DNA of 63,494 nt, counting the filler, from Gonapodya sp. JEL0774 (lineage: Eukaryota), in NCBI GenBank assembly GCA_027604505.1. It is 17 parts of 17 records of this genome, joined end to end, with 100 filler letters (N's around TTAATTAATTAA, not from the genome) between each part and the next. Parts side by side here need not be neighbours in the genome. Positions count along the whole stretch, not along the records: positions 22,513 to 26,155 come from JADIIX010001202.1; positions 26,256 to 29,898 come from JADIIX010001203.1; positions 29,999 to 33,640 come from JADIIX010001204.1; positions 33,741 to 37,380 come from JADIIX010001205.1; positions 37,481 to 41,119 come from JADIIX010001206.1; 12 more parts are not named here. The stretch is one strand, 5' to 3'. A program made the position numbers and the translations under genes. How positions within the stretch are numbered: the stretch's first letter is position 1; each line of letters begins with the position of its first letter. The notes under the pieces are model-generated. The model was not told where the DNA came from. It worked only from the letters and a program-made list of their open reading frames with translations, and did not search any database. Shown here in pieces: positions 22,998 through 37,570 of the stretch.

Positions 22998-23518
22998 TTG
23001 TGTGATGTCCGTTGCTTCCATTCATTCTGTTGTAATACAAAAAACTGTAAGCAACCGACCATCAGCCCCATCTTCAACGAATTCGATAATCCAGGCAATT
23101 GGGTAGTAGTCTACATAGTTAACTTCTTCAAAGGTGGTGTGAGGCGGAAGCGCAAGAAGACGGGAAAGTCTCTTCAGGAAATAGCACCAACAGCGACCTA
23201 CCTATTTATTTATTGGTGAATGTTCTGGAGTGTTGGGAGGTTCACGGTTTTGCCGGTACATACTCGATAGGGAGTGGGCGTGTTGGTGGTCTCGTGTACC
23301 GCAAGCACCCAACGATCTCCGTATCCTATTATACACAAGGACTTCGCGCGTGCTGTCTCCTAAGGCTCCACGGCAACTGCAAGCGACGCTCTCCGCGATC
23401 CAACCGCATATCTCTCCTTCTCCTTGGTCGGCCTTAGTGCCCCTCAGCACTCAGCGAACACACATCGTCCACCCTCGCACTCACCCACTATCGCTCAACA
23501 ACCCACTATATACATAAC

Positions 23519-25143
23519 ATGACTTCTCGAACCTCAAACGTATCTGGCTCCTCTCGTGGGCGTGACGAGCCACCACGACCCGCTCCATCTCCCGCACAAC
23601 CGGTTCCTCCCGGGAAGCCTATCCAGGTCAAGTTGGTACTTCTTGGTGAGGCTGCGGTAGGAAAGTCCAGTCTAGGTGTGTGGATGTACCCCTGGGGCTG
23701 CGCTCCCCACCGTCACGGTGGCTGATAGCAATCCACTTCGGGCTCCCTTTCACAATATTCTCATGGCCGTCTGCCACCCGCATACCGAATCCCGAACTCT
23801 CCCATTCAAAGTATTACGCTTTGTGAACAATGAATACCAGGATAACAAAGAACCGACCATCGGTGCCGCTTTCCTCACTCAAAAGTGTCGTCTGGACGAT
23901 AAGATTGTCAAGTTTGAGATTTGGGACACGGCCGGGCAGGAAAGGTGCGCATCTTTGAACTCCACACTTCTTTAATCTTTGTTGCGACTGAATTCGACCG
24001 CCCGCTTGCCCCCTGTGACATTCAACTGAATGGATTATAAGATTCCACTCCCTAGCACCAATGTACTACCGAAACGCACAGGCGGCAGTCGTGGTATATG
24101 ATGTCACAAAAGCGGTAAGTCATTCACTTTGTGATTCTGAGAAGACGAGTGGGGCGCGGGGGCAGCTCCGGAAGGTTATTCGAATGATTAGTTCATCGGA
24201 AATCGCCGCTCTGCGTTCATTGACGTAAGAGACAGTTCGGATGGACTATTAATCTCAAGGATCTCTTCATGCGCGACGCGCTGGATTAGTGGGTCTGGTT
24301 GGAAACTCCGAATAACTCTTTGGATATGATTATCTGACAAGGAGTACATACTGCAGTGATTCTCCCGAGATTGGAGTTGCTCTGGATCTACCCGTGTAAG
24401 CTGACTATGGTGTACTCCCTTTCTCCGCTTCGAAAGCCATCCCTTGACCGAGCGAAATCTTGGGTCAAGGAACTCCATCGCCAAGCGAACCCAAACATAG
24501 TAATTGCGTTGGGTCAGTAAACGACTATCACTTCACTAGCTCGTTTGTTGTGCATTAAGTGATCTCTTGTTCTCTCTTTATATCCATTTGTCCCCGACAA
24601 CTTCTCTGTCCATGCGTATTCATGGAACTCAAGTCGGCAACAAACTTGATCTTGTCATCAACTCTGGCGTACCCCGAGCTATCGAAGCCGAAGATGCGCG
24701 TGTATATGCGGAAGAAATGGGCCTGCTGTGGTTCGAGACTAGTGCGAAGACTGGGGAGGGTGTCAGCGAGGTGTTCACAGAAATTGGTGAGTGCCGCGTC
24801 ATGGCACTGGACCATTGGAAACTGCGCGCGTCCGGTTCGAACATCGCGACCACGAACTTTGGAAGCAAGCTCCTGTGGCGAACCGTCGCGAGGTGTTCCT
24901 GCATTTCTGATGCCCTGTTGCAATTGGTGACTCCTTCCCATATTCCCCCGTTAATCGTTTAAATGAATTGCAGCCAAAAAAATCCCCTTCGACCTTCTCA
25001 CCCCTCGAGGCCGCCCCTCAGCAATAACTGGAGGTGCTTCGCCTGGAGGCGCTGCTGCGAATCCGTTGGCTGCTGGTGCGGATGGAAGGGTTGACCTTGG
25101 AGCAGCGGGTGGTGCGCAAGCGCAGGGAGGATGCGCTTGCTAG
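23519..25143 (+). CDS. Rab5-family GTPase (Vps21/Ypt5-like), multi-exon
   Basis: [54 protein letters not shown] and a C-terminal CAC* prenylation motif. Confidence 0.96.
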
Positions 25144-25459
25144 GCGGGTGTATGTGATATCGGCATGGATGGCGCACTCAAGAGAAATGGAGGAAACTGG
25201 TGTTGGTGAAGATCCAGAATGAAAGTCTTATCTTTGTGTTGTCTCACCGCGGAGTGGCCGTATTTCGGTTTTTGTTCATCATAGTTTCTTTGTTGGCTGT
25301 TGGTATTGAAGAGATTAGTCTCAAGTTTCAATCTCCGAGAACGGTAGAGTGACTGTTCGTGTGCAACCAAATGCCAAATGTCATGGATGGTCGGCACAAA
25401 CTGAACCGATCGCGATTGTCAACAGAATCAAACGCCACTACCACCACGCAATCGAAGGC

Positions 25460-26155
25460 ATGCAACCCACATTTAACGATATTTCCGTCGATCTGTCCCA
25501 CGAGGGCAAAGTCGCCACGCTCACGTTTCGCAGGGAGAAGACGCTCAACTCGATGCTGCAGAGAAGCACGTATCCAGAGATATTGAGAGGTGAACTTCGC
25601 TCTGTCGTTAGTACTGTGACCTTTGAGCAATTTTCGATCCTCTGTGCACCATCCAGCACTTCGGTACATCGATTCCATTCCGTCGGTTGTCATCACGGTC
25701 ATCACTGGAACCGGCCGGTGGGTTCCCCACACTCTGAATCAGGCTGTTTTACGCTTCACTTCACGCTCTGTATCGCCTCATGGTACCATCATCTCCGGAA
25801 CTCCCGTCACTCGGCGTCGAACCTTACAGCTTCTTCTCATCAGGTCAAGACCTCCGCGACATCACCGAAAGCTCCGCCACTAGGGCCGACATGCACTTCT
25901 CCGAGTCACAGGCAGCGCAGCACAACATGTTGTGGAATGGGCCTGGTGTGGGTGGACTTAACTGTATTGGTCTGCGACGGAGTAATGATCATTGTACTTT
26001 CTTCTTGCTGTATCCAAATCTCCCGCTCATCAGGGGGCTTCACTAGCGCTCCTTGAACACAAGAAGATTGTCGTTGTGTGAGTCTTCTTCGCATTTCTTG
26101 TTGAAGTATGCGACCATATCCCCTTCAAAATATCTTGGGTACATGTCTTTCTACA
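25460..26155 (+). CDS. Crotonase-superfamily enoyl-CoA isomerase/hydratase, N-terminal part
   Basis: VATLTFRREKTLNS...VITVITGTGR|FFSSGQDL across introns. Confidence 0.85.
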
Positions 26156-26255
26156 NNNNNNNNNNNNNNNNNNNNNNNNNNNNNNNNNNNNNNNNNNNNT
26201 TAATTAATTAANNNNNNNNNNNNNNNNNNNNNNNNNNNNNNNNNNNNNNNNNNNN

Positions 26256-28414
26256 AGCTTGGTTATCAGCTGGGGACTGTTGAACTCAACCAACGCAACG
26301 ATTTTGGCGAGATTAATGGAGTTATGTGAGCTGTGCTTGCTCTGTTGATCGGTTTCTCAGACCACTTCTAAATGTTACATGCCTGTTCTTCGTGATCAAA
26401 CAGCTCTGTTTGTACAAATAGCAGGACCGGTAAGTATATGTGGTGTTTCGTTTTGATCTCACAATCCCACTTTTGTCTCATTTGCAGATCGTCATCGTCG
26501 TGATTGTTTTAGTCACTGCCCCTGCGCGACAGGTGCGTCAAAACCACGTCACACAAACATTTGCACTCTACAAAAATTGTTCTTGGTGCCCCTAATTTCA
26601 TCTATAAAGAGTCCACAATTTGTTTTCACTACTTTTGAGAACTATCGCGAACTAGGGAATCAAGGGTTTTCGATTCTTCTGGGGCTGACTGTGCCTGCTT
26701 GGTCCATGTATGGTAAGGTTGTGTGAGTATCAAAGTTGCTCTCCGTGGATGACTACCCTTGTCTGCATCTGATAGGTTACGATGCAGCCGCTCACGTCTC
26801 CGAAGGTACGAATTTCTGCATCGCAGCTTTCTTTGACGCAACTCATCCCTGCTTCTTTCCATGCAGAGACGGTGAATGCTTACAAAGATACTTCGAAGGG
26901 TGTTATGCATTCGGTCGCGGCATGCTCTTTTCTGGGGTTCTTTCTCATTGTTGGTATGTTGACTCAGCTGTACAAGGATAATTTACTTCAGTATGATCTC
27001 ATAAAGTCACTGCCGCGCAGGTATGCTTTTTACGATTCAAGATATCCAATCGCTAGATCGCACGGACATATATATAACGTCAGCAACAACATTTCTCGGT
27101 GCGTGTTGCTCCTTCTCTTTCGGTTTCTGTACCATGCTGAGCACAGGTGGATTCCATTATGAAAGATTCGACGGGAAACACGACGGCGACAACCATTTTG
27201 GCTGCGATAACAGGATTGGGTTTTTATTTTTGTGGACTTGCCACGGCTTGTGTGTGAGTGATATCTGGCCATGTGGAAGTGTTCGCCATGCAACTGGAAT
27301 AACTATCGACCTCTGTACGTATCTACGATCATAAGGAACTCACGAATTAGTGAGTTCACTGAAAAACTGATGTTTGTCATGGGCTGACGCATTCAGACAT
27401 TTCATAGTGTTCTGTTTCGCTCGAGACGACGGATTCGGCCCATTTTTATCATCCCTGCTGCGATGGACACATCCAGCTTCACGACTTCCAGTCAGAACGG
27501 TATGGCTTGGATGTGTCGGTAAGTCTTGATGGGAAAGCGGCCTCTTCGATATTAACGTCCGAGTTAGTGCTCGGTCTAAATCTCAAATGAACGCGTTTAA
27601 TATAGGGGCGTGTATATTGCTATTTACTACATTTGGAACGAATGAAGGCATTCAAGGAGCAATTTCTGTTCCCGCACTGTGCATAATGTTGACAGTTAGT
27701 TGTCTTCTCGAGCAAGTGATACAAACACGTCCTCACCTTGGATCATAAATATTCTGTACACCGAAGTATGGTATTCCAATTTTCGCTAAGCTCTTGTTTT
27801 CGAAGGAGAATTTTCAGGTGCGAGTTCAATTATGAAGTTTTGGAACTCCACCGTTGATTTTGAATGACGTCTCCACGTGTATCACATATCTGCTAGAGGG
27901 GCGAATTCAGTCTTGGTCCTCTCTCTCGAATATTGGGGTGGATTGCAGTCCTGTGGATCGCTGGTTTAGCGGTCTTCCTCTGTTTACCACTGTATGTACT
28001 TGGTGGTTACGTTTTACTGGCTGAAGTGCACTTCAACATGTTCGTACAAAGCTCCTTCCCTATTACCGCTGCGAATTTCAACTATGCATCTGTTGCTGTG
28101 CTGACATTAACACTTTTTGCGGTGAGTGAATCTCCTGCTATGCTTTGGTTTTGGTACCGAGGGATTACTGAAGATATTGCAATTTGCATGTATACTGCAC
28201 CTTCGCCTTCTTGGATAATTATCAGTCGATTTCCTGGGTCGTCAGCGCGAGACGTTGGTATATTGGACCTATCACGCGAATAACGGAGGACGAAATAACG
28301 CAAATGGAATTGAGCATGGCTGCGGCGAAAAATGCACTGAAGGATGTTGGCGCCATCAGATTTAATGGTCTTTCAGAGCGCTCAAACCTTGGGGCAAGGT
28401 ATGATAATGTGTAA
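26256..28414 (+). CDS. APC-superfamily amino acid/GABA/choline permease, many exons, 5'-truncated
   Basis: GYDAAAHVSEET, FCFARD, PVRTVW, IAVLW...LCLP..FPITAANFNYASV, W..SARRWY.GP. Confidence 0.88.
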
Positions 28415-28985
28415 TTACAATGACCACTTATTCTTCGCACTTGTACAGATGCGAGCTTGCTTCACCACTCTTGCTTGTATGACCCTACTAATTACTAGTT
28501 ACACTTGTGTATGGGCATCTAAACGATTCACGGTGACTTTATCTATTTTGAATTATCAATTCATCCTATCAAATACGGATCCCAACGTGTTCGACCGGAT
28601 TCCGAAACTTTTGCGACCCGTATAAGCCAGGACATGATTGGAGTTTCGGCTCACTTAACAATTTTGCGCGGGCGTCAACGACACGTTTGACATCCGCTTT
28701 GAGCAGAATTCGTAATACTGTAAACCGCAAACCTACCATTATGTGGAGATAAATATTCAGGATGTTTCGGTTTGTCCAAATTATTATTGTATTACATAAG
28801 AGTGCAGTGATTTATTCCGACATGCTTTTGCAGGAATGTGATCGCATGAATGAATACGTTTGATGTGCCAGCGCCCATTTTTTTATGTGGCTTGTATAAC
28901 CTGCAGAGTCCCGCATCTGCATTTGTGATGTGGGCGGGTGCGCAATGAAATGAATACTTTTCGATCCTGTAAATACGGCCAACAA

Positions 28986-29898
28986 TTACGCCCTCCTTCT
29001 GGTCTTCACGTTGGTGTTCCCACATGGTCCCCCGCGAGGAACCCGTACGGCTGCTACTGGTTGACCGACCTTGCTCGGCGAAGTACACGTGCCGGGCACA
29101 CCCCTCACGCGCTTCACTTGAACAGTTCCCGCTCCAAACACGGCTTTCATAGCCCTCTTGGCGCCGCAGTTGTGAGATTCAGATTCCTCCGGCAGGTCTC
29201 CATCAAACTCCAGCTCGCCATCGGTGTCTCCGCCGGCGGTCTCGTGTTGGTAGTCACAGCTGAGCTCATCGTCGATGCTTGAAACGGTGTGAATGCGCAG
29301 TGGTTCGCGACGAATGTTCCGGGGAGATCGACGCAGAACTGGTGATCCGCTGACATTGGTCTTCGCAACCGACACGGAGCGAATATCTTGAGGAGGTTGT
29401 CGACGGGTATAGGAGGTAGAGGTCACCGAGTGCGAGTAGTGTGTCTGACTGACTGAAACTTGAGAAAATGAGTCCAAGAACTCGGCCGATTCCGGATCGC
29501 TCGTGTCCTCGGTCTCGTCTCCCAGTGCATCGTGGGTATCCCCCACTTCCATCATCTGAGAATCTTCCCTCACGGTGTCTTGCGTCCAATACTCGGGGGT
29601 AGAGTAGGGTGGCGCAGAACCGGGTTTGGGTTGGGCTGATCGGCCGCCGTTGAAGAATGTGGAGCGCGGGGGAGCGGTGTGCTCATGAACAGACGGTGAC
29701 GGAGAGACGGAGAGCACAGGCGGCGACATGGGTGGCGGGGCAGCAGTGGTGAGCGGCGCCTTTCTCGGAAGGGGTGGGAGCTTGCCCGAGGCTTTGGACA
29801 CATGAAATGTTTCAAATTATCGAAGTGAGCTCGAGCAACAAAATCATCGACGACACAACTTACCTCGTGTGGATCGTCTTGGTCGCACCCTTGAGAGT
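28986..29898 (-). CDS. Hypothetical low-complexity protein, C-terminal part
   Basis: 271-aa Pro/Ser/acidic ORF with a probable upstream intron. No domain recognised. Confidence 0.45.
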
Positions 29899-29998
29899 NN
29901 NNNNNNNNNNNNNNNNNNNNNNNNNNNNNNNNNNNNNNNNNNTTAATTAATTAANNNNNNNNNNNNNNNNNNNNNNNNNNNNNNNNNNNNNNNNNNNN

Positions 29999-32123
29999 AT
30001 GTCGAGCGCTTGTAGAACTCTTCCATCTCTCGCCAGAGTCAGCGCCAGTACCGTCGCTGGCCGTTCTGGAGCTCGCGTGGTCGCCATCTCACGAACATTT
30101 CGCCGGCAAATGGCCAGCGCCTCGGAAGGACGAGAAGTTCCTGTAGACACGGAGACAGATCCTCTGCCGAATAAGGAGGATTACTTGCCCAGTGAGTTTT
30201 CGCGCGAGCCGTCTGTTCGGAAGGTGAAGAAAATCACGTCCTCTGTCCTCCCCATTTTTGCGCGCCCAACCCTGCAAGAATGGGGGAAGTTTGACTGGAA
30301 GGATCCATTCAACACGGAATCATTACTTACGGAGGAAGAGAAGATGGTCCGGTGGGTTACAGAACTTTCTCTTGATTCTTCGATATCACATCGTCAGCAG
30401 ATGAAACTGAGATCTTGGTTTCGATCATGGTTTCAATGCACCCTCCGCCTATAGTGACTCTGTGCGGGAGTACGCTCAGTCAAGGCTGGCCCCAGGTGTC
30501 GTCCAGGCCAGTCGAGATTATCGTGAGTCTCCCTCACCCTACACATTTGCTTCCGATGCCATCTTTCTCCGCCCCGTTAACCAGACCATGCTGGTCTCTC
30601 TTATGATGATTTTAATAGACTTTGACCGCAACATCTACTATGAAATGGGTGACCTCGGCATCCTCGGCGCTAACGTAAAGGGGTACGGTGCTGCAGGAGT
30701 GAGCAGCGTGGCATGTGAGAAGATCGATGATACACTCTCCCGCCCGTCAGTTTTAATCTTGAACATTCTTTTCACTCTCTCCTATTCCTCTTTAGATGGC
30801 CTCATCGCCCGTGAAGTCGAGAAAGTTGACTCCTCCTACCGCTCTGCCCTGTCCGTTCCAGCCCTCGTCATGAACGCCATATACCAGTACGGTCCCGAGC
30901 ATCTGCGCAAAAAGTACATTCCTCCAATCGCTAAGGGAGTTCATGTGGCGGCATTTGGGTTGACGGAGCCGGATCATGTAAGAACTGGGACTGACAGAGA
31001 CAGCCCCGACGATTATCGCCATGCTGATCACTTTCGATGCGCATGATTCATGAACGTGTAGGGATCTGACCCAGGTGCAATGAAAGCGACGGCGAGGCTT
31101 GAGGGTGACACGTGGATTCTCAACGGAACAAAGACATGGATCACTAACGCTNNNNNNNNNNNNNNNNNNNNNNNNNNNNNNNNNNNNNNNNNNNNNNNNN
31201 NNNNNNNNNNNNNNNNNNNNNNNNNNNNNNNNNNNNNNNNNNNNNNNNNTTTGCAGTCCATTGTTGACATAAAGTGATTTCAACTAACGGCCTGCCGACG
31301 CAATCCGGCCGCCTTCGAAAGCTGGCTCCACTGGCTTCATTATTATGGAAGACGTCCCCGTCCCTGCCTCGAACGTCCTGGACGTTGTTGGTTTGAAGGG
31401 GCCTTTTGGATGCCTTAATCACGCTCGATACGGTATCTCGTGGGGCGCGTTGGGTTCTGCAGAATTTTGCCTGCAGTACACGAGGGAATACGTGCTCAAC
31501 AGGAAGCAATTCGGCGTTCCCTTGGGGAGCTTCCAGCTTGTGCAAAAGAAGCTAGCGGATGCTATGAGTGAGGTGTGTTGGGTGGTCGTGCGCTTGGTTC
31601 GATGGCTGCGCTGTGGGGTCCGACTGAGATCAACTCATCCTCCTCTGATAACATGAACAATAGATCGCCCTTGGCGTCCTCGCTACGATCCAGGTAGGTC
31701 GTCTCAAGGACGAGGGCATCGCTACCCCAGAGATGATCAGCATTATCAAGCGGAACAATGCCACGAAGGCGTTAGCGATCGCCAGGGAATGTCGGGACAT
31801 TTTGGGTGGTATGTTCATCGCACAATGAAATACACTCTATGGGGAGTCTCTTGACACCGATAGCTGTGTCTGGTGTAGGTAACGGTGTTATTGACGAGTA
31901 CCACATAATCCGCCACGTGAACAACCTCGAGGCTGTCAACACATACGGTGGGTTCATCGATCTGTTAGGTTTCGGCTTTCGGCCCGTCACCAATCTTTTA
32001 TCGTCATGTTTCATGACGATCACAGAGGGCACCGCCGACATTCACGCACTCGTTTTAGGCCGTGCCATTACGGGTATCTCGGCGTTCAATGCACCTGGCC
32101 CGGGTAAGGGGGCTTCCGCATGA
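29999..32123 (+). CDS. GCDH: Glutaryl-CoA dehydrogenase, multi-exon, interrupted by an N-gap
   Basis: FDWKDP...[90 protein letters not shown]. Confidence 0.95.
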
Positions 32124-32537
32124 GGTGACTCTGCAGTTCAGGGGCTTGCAAGAGAGATTGGAACTTGAACTGGCTAATGACCAGTTGATCCCGCGAGTAG
32201 TGAATTTTGCAGACTTTTACATATGTGACTAGCACGAGTGAAGGTGTCGCTGGTAGAGGTTCATTGCACAATTTCAGCAGGATTACGTTTTGTCCTCGAA
32301 TCCTCTCTATTTTTCCAATCATTTCACAAAACCGATTCGAAACTGACGCTGTCTGCATGTCGGAATGTACCTTCTGTTGTGTCCACAGCCACGTCATTTG
32401 TGCGTCACGGTTCGTGTTCATCTCNNNNNNNNNNNNNNNNNNNNNNNNNNNNNNNNNNNNNNNNNNNNNNNNNNNNNNNNNNNNNNNNNNNNNNNNNNNN
32501 NNNNNNNNNNNNNNNNNNNNNNNCTCTCCTCTTAACG

Positions 32538-33640
32538 ATGCCAACCACCGCTAGAGTGAATGCTTTCAGCGGCGCTTCAAACTCTGTAGTGCCCCTGTGC
32601 TTTCATGCGTTTTATTCCTCCGCTGGGCCACGCCTAGCGCACGGTGCCGTTCCCAATTCGAGATTCATGGCTACTCCGAGTCACAATGCGCAATTAAAAC
32701 GCGCACATATCCCCTCACGCCCCTTGACTTCAAGATCCGGCTCCATCCGACATGGGTTGGTGCCGGAGCAGGTTGGATCTCGCAGCTGTTTCGGAACCGA
32801 GCTCGGATCAGTCCGAGCGATGTCGCAACGGAGATGCTACAGTGCAAGACCTCCGGAGAAGCCTGCGCAGTCTGAAATTGATTGTACGTCTACGAACCAT
32901 TTGTGTCCGGACCTGATGGCATTCTTTGCCTGCAGCTCATTATCATGAATCAACTTCCGTTTATACCGCATCAGCCTCCTCCCCACCTCGCAAAAAAGTA
33001 ACGCTCCAGACCATTGCACGACTCCATCGCACCCGCGAGCCCATTACAATGATCACGGCGCACGACTACCCGTCAGCGTTGTTCGCTGAGCGAGCAGGGA
33101 TGGACACAGTCTTGGTAGGGGACAGTTTGGCGATGGTCGCCCTCGGACTGGATTCCACGACGCAACTTACTCTTGATGTGAGTTGTGAGTGAGTTGAATG
33201 ACCGCAAAAAGGACGGTGAGAGGTCTTCTGGACAAATGAAAGGACGTTGCACATTAAATATGCATACATGGAGCGATTTAACCCCCTCTGGTTTTAATCG
33301 GCAGGATATGCTTCATCACTGCCGTGCCGTCCACCGCGGCCTCCGTACTCCTTTCCTTATCGGGGACCTCCCTTTTGGCTCCTATGAAGTTTCCCCGGAA
33401 CAAGCTGTCGCGAGCGCCATCCGCATGGTTCGAGAAGGACATGTCGAAGCAGTGAAACTGGAAGGAGGCGAAGAGATGGAAAAGACCGTCAGGGCGATTA
33501 CGCGAGTTGGTATTCCGGTGTTGGGACATGTGGGTCTGACGCCGCAGAGAGCGAGTCAGTTGGGAGGGTTCAGGGTGCAAGGAAGAACCGTTGACAAGGT
33601 TGGTTTCGGAGCAAGTAATGGCGGTGGTATCATGGAAATA
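32538..33640 (+). CDS. ECM31: 3-methyl-2-oxobutanoate hydroxymethyltransferase (PanB/Ecm31), 3'-truncated
   Basis: [57 protein letters not shown]. Confidence 0.95.
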
Positions 33641-33972
33641 NNNNNNNNNNNNNNNNNNNNNNNNNNNNNNNNNNNNNNNNNNNNTTAATTAATTAANNNN
33701 NNNNNNNNNNNNNNNNNNNNNNNNNNNNNNNNNNNNNNNNTGAACTCCAGCACACCAGTACAGGAAACCCCGTGTTCGATTGGAGTCTATTTCGAAGCAG
33801 ACAAGAGGACTCGCTAGCATAGGAGGAGGAAGGAAGAATCCGCTCCCTGTTCCAGAGAGACAAACAGGCAGGCGCGGGCTGCAGTGGCGCCGACTTTCAC
33901 ACCAGGCAGGAGCAACTTGGTTTTTGAATCGGTTCGTCGCTAACCGGGGCCGGCCAAGGCAGACAAGTCAGG

Positions 33973-36900
33973 ATGATGGCCTCAGCACGGCCAGGCGCGG
34001 AGCGGTACTCTCTAGGGGACTTTGAGTGGGAGGAATCAGGCAATCGGGTCAACGACAATGGGGATGGATACGGGAATGACCAACCAGAGGACCTGCGACG
34101 ACGGAGTTGGGAAGTAGGTGGTGAACAGATTAACAAACAAGACGAAAATGAGGAGGAGTTGGCGACTGGGTCTGAGGAAGATATGACTTGGGGTGGGGGT
34201 GTCACTCGAACACGCACGAGATCGAGGGCAAGTGCTCCAGCTGTCGCGAATCCGGTCAAGTCGACGCATTCGAGAGGAGACTCCGGAAATTCTATCAACT
34301 CGGCGACCACTGTACCGTCCCCTCGTCTTTCCTTGGCCAGTGTGAATGATCTCATGGCAGACATTGGAGCATCCACCAGCCATGGGGGCACAAGCTCTGC
34401 GAGCACTTTACCCCGCTTACCTTCGAACCATGCTGTAAACATTCCAAAGCGATCGCACTCTAAGAGGATATCTCTTCACCAGCTAAAAGCGCAGACCGGA
34501 GTTGGAGTCGGACCTTCCCTCGTATCGGGCCGAACTACCCCTCTAGCTTTTCCTCTGCTCGATTCATCACACCCAAAGCATGCTATTCTAGACGACGCCT
34601 CTCCTCCAGTACCTCCGCCACGGCCAAGGTCCCGCCCCAGCTCGCGTGCCTCAACCCACTTCGAAGTACTCGTTGATGACAGTTCGGCAATTGATGACGA
34701 GGGATCAGAATTTGATGGGTGCGTAAATGGTGTTCTTCTAGGTGTGAGGGGAGGGTGGATGGGGGCACAGAGACCTTGTAATGATCCTCCTTGGCAGCGT
34801 TCTTCGTGGTAAACGACCAACCAGACGGATGCTGCGGCAATCAAGCATATTCCGTGCTCGCGTGTGGATTTTTGGATCAATATTTCACTCTTTCCATCCG
34901 ACTTAACCCCCAAACTTCCAAACACAGGCACCCCGGCCATTCCCGGAAGAACTCCCAGACTTCATCCCGTTCCGTCTCACCGTATCTCGAACATCTACCC
35001 TCTGCCAACTCTACTTCGACCTCTGCTCTGGGACTCTACCAAACTCACCGCCATATCCACGCACAACCTCCATCCCCAGTGTCGTCCATCGATACTGCAA
35101 GCCCGGCTCGGAATGCGGCTGGAGAGCGTATAAGCATGGATTTTGACGCCTCCTCGGGATCAACGCTCGGGACAGGATCGGCGGGCGGTGCCCGACCAAA
35201 CTTTGGCCGCAAAAGCACCCTCCGAAAACCCAAACCGTTGCCCCCACCCGAGCCTTCTGAAACGTCTCAATCTAACTGGAATCTTGACGTGGACACTAAC
35301 CTTAAACATGCCAGCTCCTCCTCGGACCCACCGTCTCCTGTATTGACAAGCCCCACACACTCTCTGCCATCCCACCCCACCATCATGCCATCTCCTCAAC
35401 AAGCTCCCCCACGAGCTTCGCAAAGTTCTTCTCGGGTTCGACCTCGGTCCGCTTTTGGAGCTGGTGGTGGTCTTGGAGACCCGATTATCCCTCCCCGCAC
35501 TGCGTCCACTGCGGACCTTCCCTTACCTATGAGTCCGTACCTCATGCGAGCGGCCACAAATCCGAACCTCGGCGCTCTAGCACGGGGCAGCGGGGAAGGA
35601 TCTGCTTCGACCCACGCGCATGGTCCGTACTTGCCCCGCTCTCAGTCTTCCCCTAATCAAACCCCGGTTATTCCGCCGGCAACTCCCGTTATCCCTCCTC
35701 GTACGAGTGGAGTTCAGCAACTTCGACAACCAAAAGGTCTTACACCTCGCACTGCGAGTCTGCGCACGAATCCTGTCTTACCCAGAACAGCCAATAGTGC
35801 CAACCGTGGTGCCCAACCTCACCCACTGGCCAGCCAAGCCACTGCTGCATCACTACCTCCTCAACCAACTATCCCCAAACAACTTAAACCCATAGTAAAT
35901 CCCGCGCTGTTGAGTCAGGTAGCAGTGGCGTTTAGACAGAGGGTGGAAGTCAAAGTGAACACGAGGGATAACTTGGAGTATAAGGACAGTTTCACAGGGA
36001 GGGAGGCAGTGGTAAGTAATAGAGATTCTCAGGTTTTGGAGTGCGCCGCTCAAGAGATGTAAACCACTTCAATACGCACCCCAGGACGCCCTTTGCTACT
36101 TGATGCGAACCACGGACCGTAATCTCGCCCTCCTCCTCGGTCGGGCGCTCGACGCTCAAAAGTACTTTCATGACGTCCTGTACCTCCACAGACTTCGCGA
36201 CAATCCCGTCTCCTTGTACCAGTTCAGGGAAAGTGGAGTTCCCAGAAGCGTGGGGCTGGGAACTCCGGGGGAGGATAACGGGACAGGCACGGTCACGTTG
36301 GGGAGGAATGGTCGGCCCGTTGGTGTATTCACGCTGCTGACAGGGTGTTATAGCCCCACGTGCAGTCGAGATCGGGTGTGCTACAGCGTGGCATGTCCGA
36401 GGAGAGCGGAGCAGGTTTGTTTAGCTCTTTGAAAGTGAGGATGAGTGCCGAACTGAATTTGTAGCCCACGCTGATAGCAACTTCGACAAATTGAGAAAGC
36501 TGCGGATGCTATGTTGTTGGGAACAAGGAATCATGAAACGGGAGATGAGAAAGTAAGTCAGTCCCCCAGTGTCCATATGTTCAGAGCCAAGCTCATCTGT
36601 AAACCCATCCGATATGCAGTCACCTACCTCTTGGACCTCCACTATCGCCCCGGAACTACTTCCCACCGTTCCAGCCACCGAGCAGAAACGCCAGGAAGCT
36701 ATATTCGAACTTGTCCTCCGCGTCAAGGAGTTCGTGGATGATTTGGAAGTCATTCAAGGTGTTTACATTTCGGGTATCAGGAACGGGAAGGCTGGTGTGA
36801 GACTAGATAGAAGAGAAATTGTGGTCAGGGAAGTATTTGGTAATGTTGGACAGATTTATCAGGTGAGACGTTCATCGTGCAAGCTGTTCTCCGATAATGG

Positions 36901-37380
36901 CCAACTGCCACACGGTGCTGCAATTCCTTCAACTCGCATATGATTTAGTCTTACTCGCGTCTTTCCCGGCGCCTCCTCGCCCGCCAAAAAGAACGACCCT
37001 TGGTGGACAGGATCGGTGACGTAATGTTATCGGCGGTACCGGAGCTGAAACATTTCGTCGAGTATGGGAGCAATCAGCACTTCTCGAAGAATGCGCTTGA
37101 GGTGGAGAGGGAGGGAAATCCAGATTTTGCGGGGTGGTTACAGGTGGGTTTTATGGAACCATCATGAGGGCGGTGTTTTGGTTACACTAATATCCTGACA
37201 ATGAATTTCATTGCACCATCCTTACTGGATTTCTTCGTGCTTTTGATTGGATACCGAATTCAACTTCTTTTAGGAATGCGAAGACAAAGAACCGCTTACG
37301 CGCGGTCTCCCAATCCAATCTTTCCTGGCTCGCCCAACCACTCATCTCGGCCGTCTCCCCCTTCTTATTGACGCCATCCT
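33973..37380 (+). CDS. Rho1 GEF (Rom1/Rom2/Rgf family; DEP + DH), 3'-truncated
   Basis: PALLSQVAVAFR, SFTGREAV, DRNLALLLGRALDAQKYFHDV, GVFTLLTGCYSPTC, EQKRQEAIFEL, SFLARPTT.L.R.PLL. Confidence 0.92.
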
Positions 37381-37570
37381 NNNNNNNNNNNNNNNNNNNN
37401 NNNNNNNNNNNNNNNNNNNNNNNNTTAATTAATTAANNNNNNNNNNNNNNNNNNNNNNNNNNNNNNNNNNNNNNNNNNNNGGGGACGACAGTCGTCGTGC
37501 TCGTGGGGTCACGTGACTCCGGCTAAACTCCCGCTTTTAGCCGTCGTCTCACAACACCCAATTACTCACT

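Noticed and set aside
31152..32523. Two N-runs (31152-31249, 32425-32523) as contig joins
   Set aside because: They have no linker, and GCDH continues across the first one, so they are intra-scaffold gaps.
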